Shown here: piece after piece, positions 60,645-64,000 of the stretch | How positions within the stretch are numbered: the first letter of the stretch is position 1 | Layout: every line of letters begins with the position of its first letter | Origin: an uncultured Hyphomicrobiales bacterium | GTDB lineage: Bacteria; Pseudomonadota; Alphaproteobacteria; Rhizobiales; Hyphomicrobiaceae | Length of the DNA stretch: 64,000 nucleotides | NCBI GenBank assembly: GCA_902826715.1 | Contig: CADEFX010000001.1 | Location: 1,972 to 65,971, forward strand | Reading direction: 5' to 3' | Notes under the pieces: generated by a model | Databases searched by the model: none | Told to the model about the DNA's origin: nothing | Seen by the model: only the letters and a program-made list of their open reading frames with translations | Position numbers and translations under genes: made by a program

Positions 60645-61205
60645 ATGTTCATCCAGACCGAGCCGACACCCAATCCTTCGACGCTGAAGTTCATCCCCGG
60701 CAAGGCGGTGCTAGCGGATGGGACCGTGGATTTTCGGGGGGCGGATGAGGCTGTGCACTCACCGCTGGCACAACGGCTGTTCGCCGTCGACGGCGTTACG
60801 GGCGTGTTCCTGGGGTCGGATTTCATCTCTGTCACCAAGGGCGAGATGGAATGGCAGCATCTGAAGCCGGCCGTCCTGGGTGCAATCATGGAACATTACA
60901 TGTCCGGCGCGCCCGTGGTCGAGGGCGCGGAGGCTTCGGGCGACGGGCCTGCCGAAGGCGAGTATGACCCGAAGGACGAAGAGACGGTCAACACCATCAA
61001 GGAGCTGCTTGAGACGCGCGTGCGTCCGGCGGTCGCCAATGACGGCGGCGACATTACGTTCCACGGCTTCAAGGATGGCATGGTCTATTTGCATATGCGG
61101 GGGGCCTGCGCCGGCTGCCCGAGTTCGACGGCGACGCTGCGGGGCGGCATCGAGCGGCTGCTGCAACACTTTTGCCCCGACGTGCACGAGGTGCGCCCCG
61201 TCTAG
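60645..61205 (+). CDS. NifU/Nfu-type Fe-S cluster scaffold protein (Nfu_N + NifU C-terminal domains)
   Basis: MFIQTEPTPNPSTLKFIPG start, C-terminal GGDITFHGF...MRGACAGCPSS CxxC motif. Internal ATG at 60645. Confidence 0.88.
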   Translation: MFIQTEPTPNPSTLKFIPGKAVLADGTVDFRGADEAVHSPLAQRLFAVDGVTGVFLGSDFISVTKGEMEWQHLKPAVLGAIMEHYMSGAPVVEGAEASGDGPAEGEYDPKDEETVNTIKELLETRVRPAVANDGGDITFHGFKDGMVYLHMRGACAGCPSSTATLRGGIERLLQHFCPDVHEVRPV

Positions 61206-61288
61206 CACGATCATGTATCGGGCTTAACTTGACCCGGATCGGGATCGGCCTAGGCTTTTCGCTACGTTTCACGTGAAGCGAGGAGCCG

Positions 61289-61885
61289 ATGATGTCTGCG
61301 CCCGTGTCTGATGCTGTCCTTGACCAGATCTATCGATCGGCGCGGACAAACAACAAATGGCAGGCGAAGGATGTGCCTGACGATCTCCTGCGCGATATAG
61401 TCGATCTGGCCAAGATGGGGCCGACGAGTGCGAACTGTCAGCCGGCGCGGTTCCTGTTCGTGAAGTCGCCGCAGGCCAAGCAGCGCCTGAAGCCGTTCCT
61501 GTCGTCGACCAATGCTGAAAAGACCATGCAGGCGCCGGTGTGCGCGATCATCGGCTACGATCTGCGATTTTACGAGCACCTGCCGCGACTGTTTCCGCAC
61601 AACCCGACGGCACGCACTTGGTTCGAGGGCAACGAAGCCCACATCATGACGACGGCGCTCAGGAACAGCTCGCTGCAGGGCGCCTACCTGATTCTCGCTG
61701 CGCGGGCGCTGGGCTTGGATACCGGTCCGATGTCGGGCTTCGACAATGCGGGTGTCGACAAGGAATTTTTTGCCGGAACATCGGTAAAGTCGAATTTCAT
61801 ATGTAGCCTGGGCTATGGCGATCCGGCCGGCGTCCATCCGCGCGGACCGCGTTTCGCCTTCGACGAGATGGCAAAGATCCTTTGA
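61289..61885 (+). CDS. nitroreductase-family protein, malonic semialdehyde reductase RutE-like
   Basis: LDQIYRSARTNNKW, MGPTSANCQPARFLFV, GLDTGPMSGFD motifs; 198 aa; AGGAG Shine-Dalgarno. Confidence 0.82.
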   Translation: MMSAPVSDAVLDQIYRSARTNNKWQAKDVPDDLLRDIVDLAKMGPTSANCQPARFLFVKSPQAKQRLKPFLSSTNAEKTMQAPVCAIIGYDLRFYEHLPRLFPHNPTARTWFEGNEAHIMTTALRNSSLQGAYLILAARALGLDTGPMSGFDNAGVDKEFFAGTSVKSNFICSLGYGDPAGVHPRGPRFAFDEMAKIL

Positions 61886-61898
61886 TGCAGCGAGGCCG

Positions 61899-62591
61899 AT
61901 GAGCCTTCTCGCCTTCGATACGTGTTTCGGTGCTGTGTCCGTTGCTGTCGGCAGGCAACAGGCGGACGGCGGCTGGCTTACGCATGAAGCCTACGAAGAG
62001 ATGGCGGTCGGCCAGGCCGAGCGGCTGATGCCGATGATCGACGAGGTGATGCGGGCCGCGGGCGTGGATTTCACGCAGGTATCGAGGATCGCGGTCACGC
62101 GGGGGCCGGGCTCGTTCACGGGCGTGCGCGTCGGCGTGGCGTCGGCGCGGGCGCTTGCGCTGGCGACAGGTGCGGAGCTGGTGGCAACGACGAGCCTTGC
62201 CGTCGTGGCCGCAGCCGCCGATGGAGAGTTGGAGGGACGTGGCAATACTCTGTTGGCCGTCGTCATGGATGCACGGCGCGGTGGCCTCTACATGCAAGTT
62301 TTTGGGAACCATGCGCGCGATGAGCTGACGGCCGCGTCCGAAGTGACGCCTGAGGCTGGTGCGGCGCTCCTTGCGGGCCGGCACGCGATCGCGGTGGGTT
62401 CGGGCGCCCAAGCGCTCGCCCGGGCGGCCGGCGAAGGCCTAGTCGAGGTGCGAATGCCCGGCATGCAGCCACGCGCCACCTCGCTTCTTGCGATAGCGTC
62501 CGAACTTCCTCCGGTCGAAACGGTGACACCGCTGTACATTCGCCAGCCGGATGCCAAGGCGCAGGCACACGGGAGCTTGTTGAAAGGCTGA
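61899..62591 (+). CDS. tsaB: tRNA threonylcarbamoyladenosine biosynthesis protein TsaB
   Basis: LLAFDTCFGAVSVAV, VTRGPGSFTGVRVGVASARALAL. Internal ATG at 61899. Confidence 0.85.
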   Translation: MSLLAFDTCFGAVSVAVGRQQADGGWLTHEAYEEMAVGQAERLMPMIDEVMRAAGVDFTQVSRIAVTRGPGSFTGVRVGVASARALALATGAELVATTSLAVVAAAADGELEGRGNTLLAVVMDARRGGLYMQVFGNHARDELTAASEVTPEAGAALLAGRHAIAVGSGAQALARAAGEGLVEVRMPGMQPRATSLLAIASELPPVETVTPLYIRQPDAKAQAHGSLLKG

Positions 62592-62598
62592 TTGCGAC

Positions 62599-63081
62599 GT
62601 GCCCGAGAAGCGACATCTGCTCCATCTGCAGCCGGCGACGCCGGAATTTGCCGGCGATATATCGGCCCTGCACAGCAGCCTGTTCGAGAAGGCATGGGAC
62701 GCGGACGGCGTGCGGCGTCTCCTTGAGCATCCGGCATCCGTTGCGCTGGTTGCGACGGCGGAGCGGCCGTGGCGTGTGATCGGATTCATTCTGGCGCAGC
62801 TGACGGCCGATGAGGCCGAGATTCTGTCGCTGGGCGTCGGGGTCATGTCGCAGCGCGCGGGCATCGGCAAGATGCTCGTGCAAGGGCTGATCGAGATGGC
62901 GCAGCGCAAAGGCGTGAAGCGGATCTTTCTCGACGTCGCGGCCAGCAACGCTGCGGCCATCGGTCTTTATCGCGCGATGGACTTCGCTGAGATGGGCCGG
63001 CGCAAGGAGTACTACAGCCACAACGGCGGACGCCGCGAGGATGCACTGCTGATGGTGCGCGACCTTGGCGAGAGTTCATAA
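62599..63081 (+). CDS. rimI: ribosomal-protein-alanine N-acetyltransferase (GNAT)
   Basis: GNAT acetyl-CoA motif VMSQRAGIGKMLV, FLDVAASNAAAIGLYRAMDF. It is adjacent to tsaB, as is usual. GTG start. Confidence 0.83.
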   Translation: MPEKRHLLHLQPATPEFAGDISALHSSLFEKAWDADGVRRLLEHPASVALVATAERPWRVIGFILAQLTADEAEILSLGVGVMSQRAGIGKMLVQGLIEMAQRKGVKRIFLDVAASNAAAIGLYRAMDFAEMGRRKEYYSHNGGRREDALLMVRDLGESS

Positions 63082-63257
63082 GCGGTCGAATTTCGCCACT
63101 AGGGCTGGATCGCTTGAGAAAACCCCGATCTTGAGCGTTGCGCCTGGATTGTGTTCAAGAAGTTATCGCTTCCATAACGGCAACGCATTTCCGCCTTCTC
63201 CTTGCGCAGCGCAGGGTTACGCTGGCCGACAAACATCAGAAGGCACAAGGAGGACGT

Positions 63258-63905
63258 ATGCCCCTCAAGGACAAACTCGACGAAACGCGTACCGGGTCGG
63301 CCAAACGCCGGACCGCCGAGCAGCGCGCCATAATGCAGCGCGCAACCGAAGATCTTCGCGCCTCCGGCATTCTCGACACCGTGCTGAAGGCCGGTCAGGT
63401 CATGCCCGCCTTTACCGGCACCAGCCATGACGGACGCACGATCGGCTCCGCCGGCCTGCTCCAGCAAGGGCCGCTGGTGCTGTCATTCTTCCGCGGACAC
63501 TGGTGACCGTATTGCCGGCATGAGCTGGATGCTCTGCAAGCAATCTACGCTGACATCAAAACTGCCGCTGGCGAAATCGTCGTGTTATCGAGCGAGACCG
63601 GCGATGTCTCCGGCCAGATGGCCGCCAAGCAGGGCCTGACGTTCCCGATCGTGCAGGACGCGGGGCTTGCCATCGCGCGATCGTTTGGGCTTGCCTTCAC
63701 GCTGCCCGACGACCTGAAAGCCCTGTACCAGAGTTTCAGCATCGACCTACCGAAGAACACCGGCCACCCCGCCTGGGAGCTGCCGATGCCTGCGCGCTAT
63801 GTGATCGACAGAAACGGGATGGTCCGCTCCGCTGAGGTTGACCCGGACTACACGGTTCGCCTCGAGCCCGCGGACACGCTGGCGATCGTGCGGAGCTTGG
63901 GTTGA
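63258..63905 (+). CDS. peroxiredoxin-like (PRX_like2, thioredoxin-fold) protein with an in-frame TGA at 63504-63506; candidate selenoprotein (UPYC redox motif)
   Basis: ORFs 63138-63506 and 63582-63905 are in the same frame, and the sequence between them is also open. The joined product reads ...GPLVLSFFRGHW[TGA]PYCRHELDAL...LPMPARYVIDRNG...DPDYT, colinear with the PRX_like2 family, whose Cys forms read WCPYC. ATG at 63258 with an AAGGAGGA Shine-Dalgarno. Confidence 0.6.
63511..63544 (+). promoter_or_regulatory. candidate bacterial SECIS hairpin
   Basis: Numbering the U of UGA as 1: pairs 8-41, 9-40, 10-39, 11-38, 12-37; a 2x2 internal loop; pairs 15-34, 16-33, 17-32; bulged U18; pairs 19-31, 20-30, 21-29, 22-28; apical loop UGGAU (23-27). 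This compares with E. coli fdhF, which has bulged U17 and loop G23 U24. Confidence 0.5.
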
Positions 63906-64000
63906 CAGGCAGGCCATCCACAAAGTTCCGAGATGTGGTCGCTTGCGCACCAAAATGAGCAAGTGGACTGGTCACTAAAATGCTATCTCGGGCTCCCGAG

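Overview
This is a high-GC, densely coding chromosomal segment. Its gene order looks alphaproteobacterial (Hyphomicrobiales/Rhizobiales-like): fumC-DUF4169-RHH, yfgM-like TPR-bamB, hemC-hemD-mic60-like-hemY, murJ-trpS-usp-nfu-tsaB-rimI. I call about 55 protein genes. I saw no rRNA, tRNA, CRISPR array, IS element, integrase or phage genes.

The window has three parts:
- 1-20 kb: housekeeping genes (fumC, AsmA-family giant protein, UvrD-type helicase, prmA, aminopeptidase P, bamB).
- About 20.2-48.0 kb: an accessory-looking catabolic block built as two divergent operons around a 163-bp control region at 38138-38300. The minus operon is SDR, a 5-gene Dpp/Opp-type ABC importer, L-carnitine-dehydrogenase-like HADH, BKACE, DUF3303, asparaginase, an enolase-superfamily enzyme, an IlvD/Edd dehydratase, a molybdopterin oxidoreductase and SDR. 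The plus operon is hyuA-hyuB-SDR-hyuA-hyuB-SDR. No regulator gene is encoded in the block.
- 48-64 kb: housekeeping genes (heme operon, tsaD, ugd, murJ, trpS, nfu, tsaB, rimI).

The two most notable points are recoding or pseudogene candidates:
- A PRX_like2-type peroxiredoxin-like gene (63258-63905) has an in-frame TGA exactly where the first Cys of the WCPYC redox motif belongs. A bacterial SECIS-like hairpin with a bulged U and a GG apical loop follows, starting 8 nt into the downstream sequence. This is a candidate selenoprotein.
- The second hyuB paralog carries an in-frame TAG at 46466.

All product calls rest on motif and family recognition by eye from the supplied translations. No database search was possible, and many start codons are approximate.
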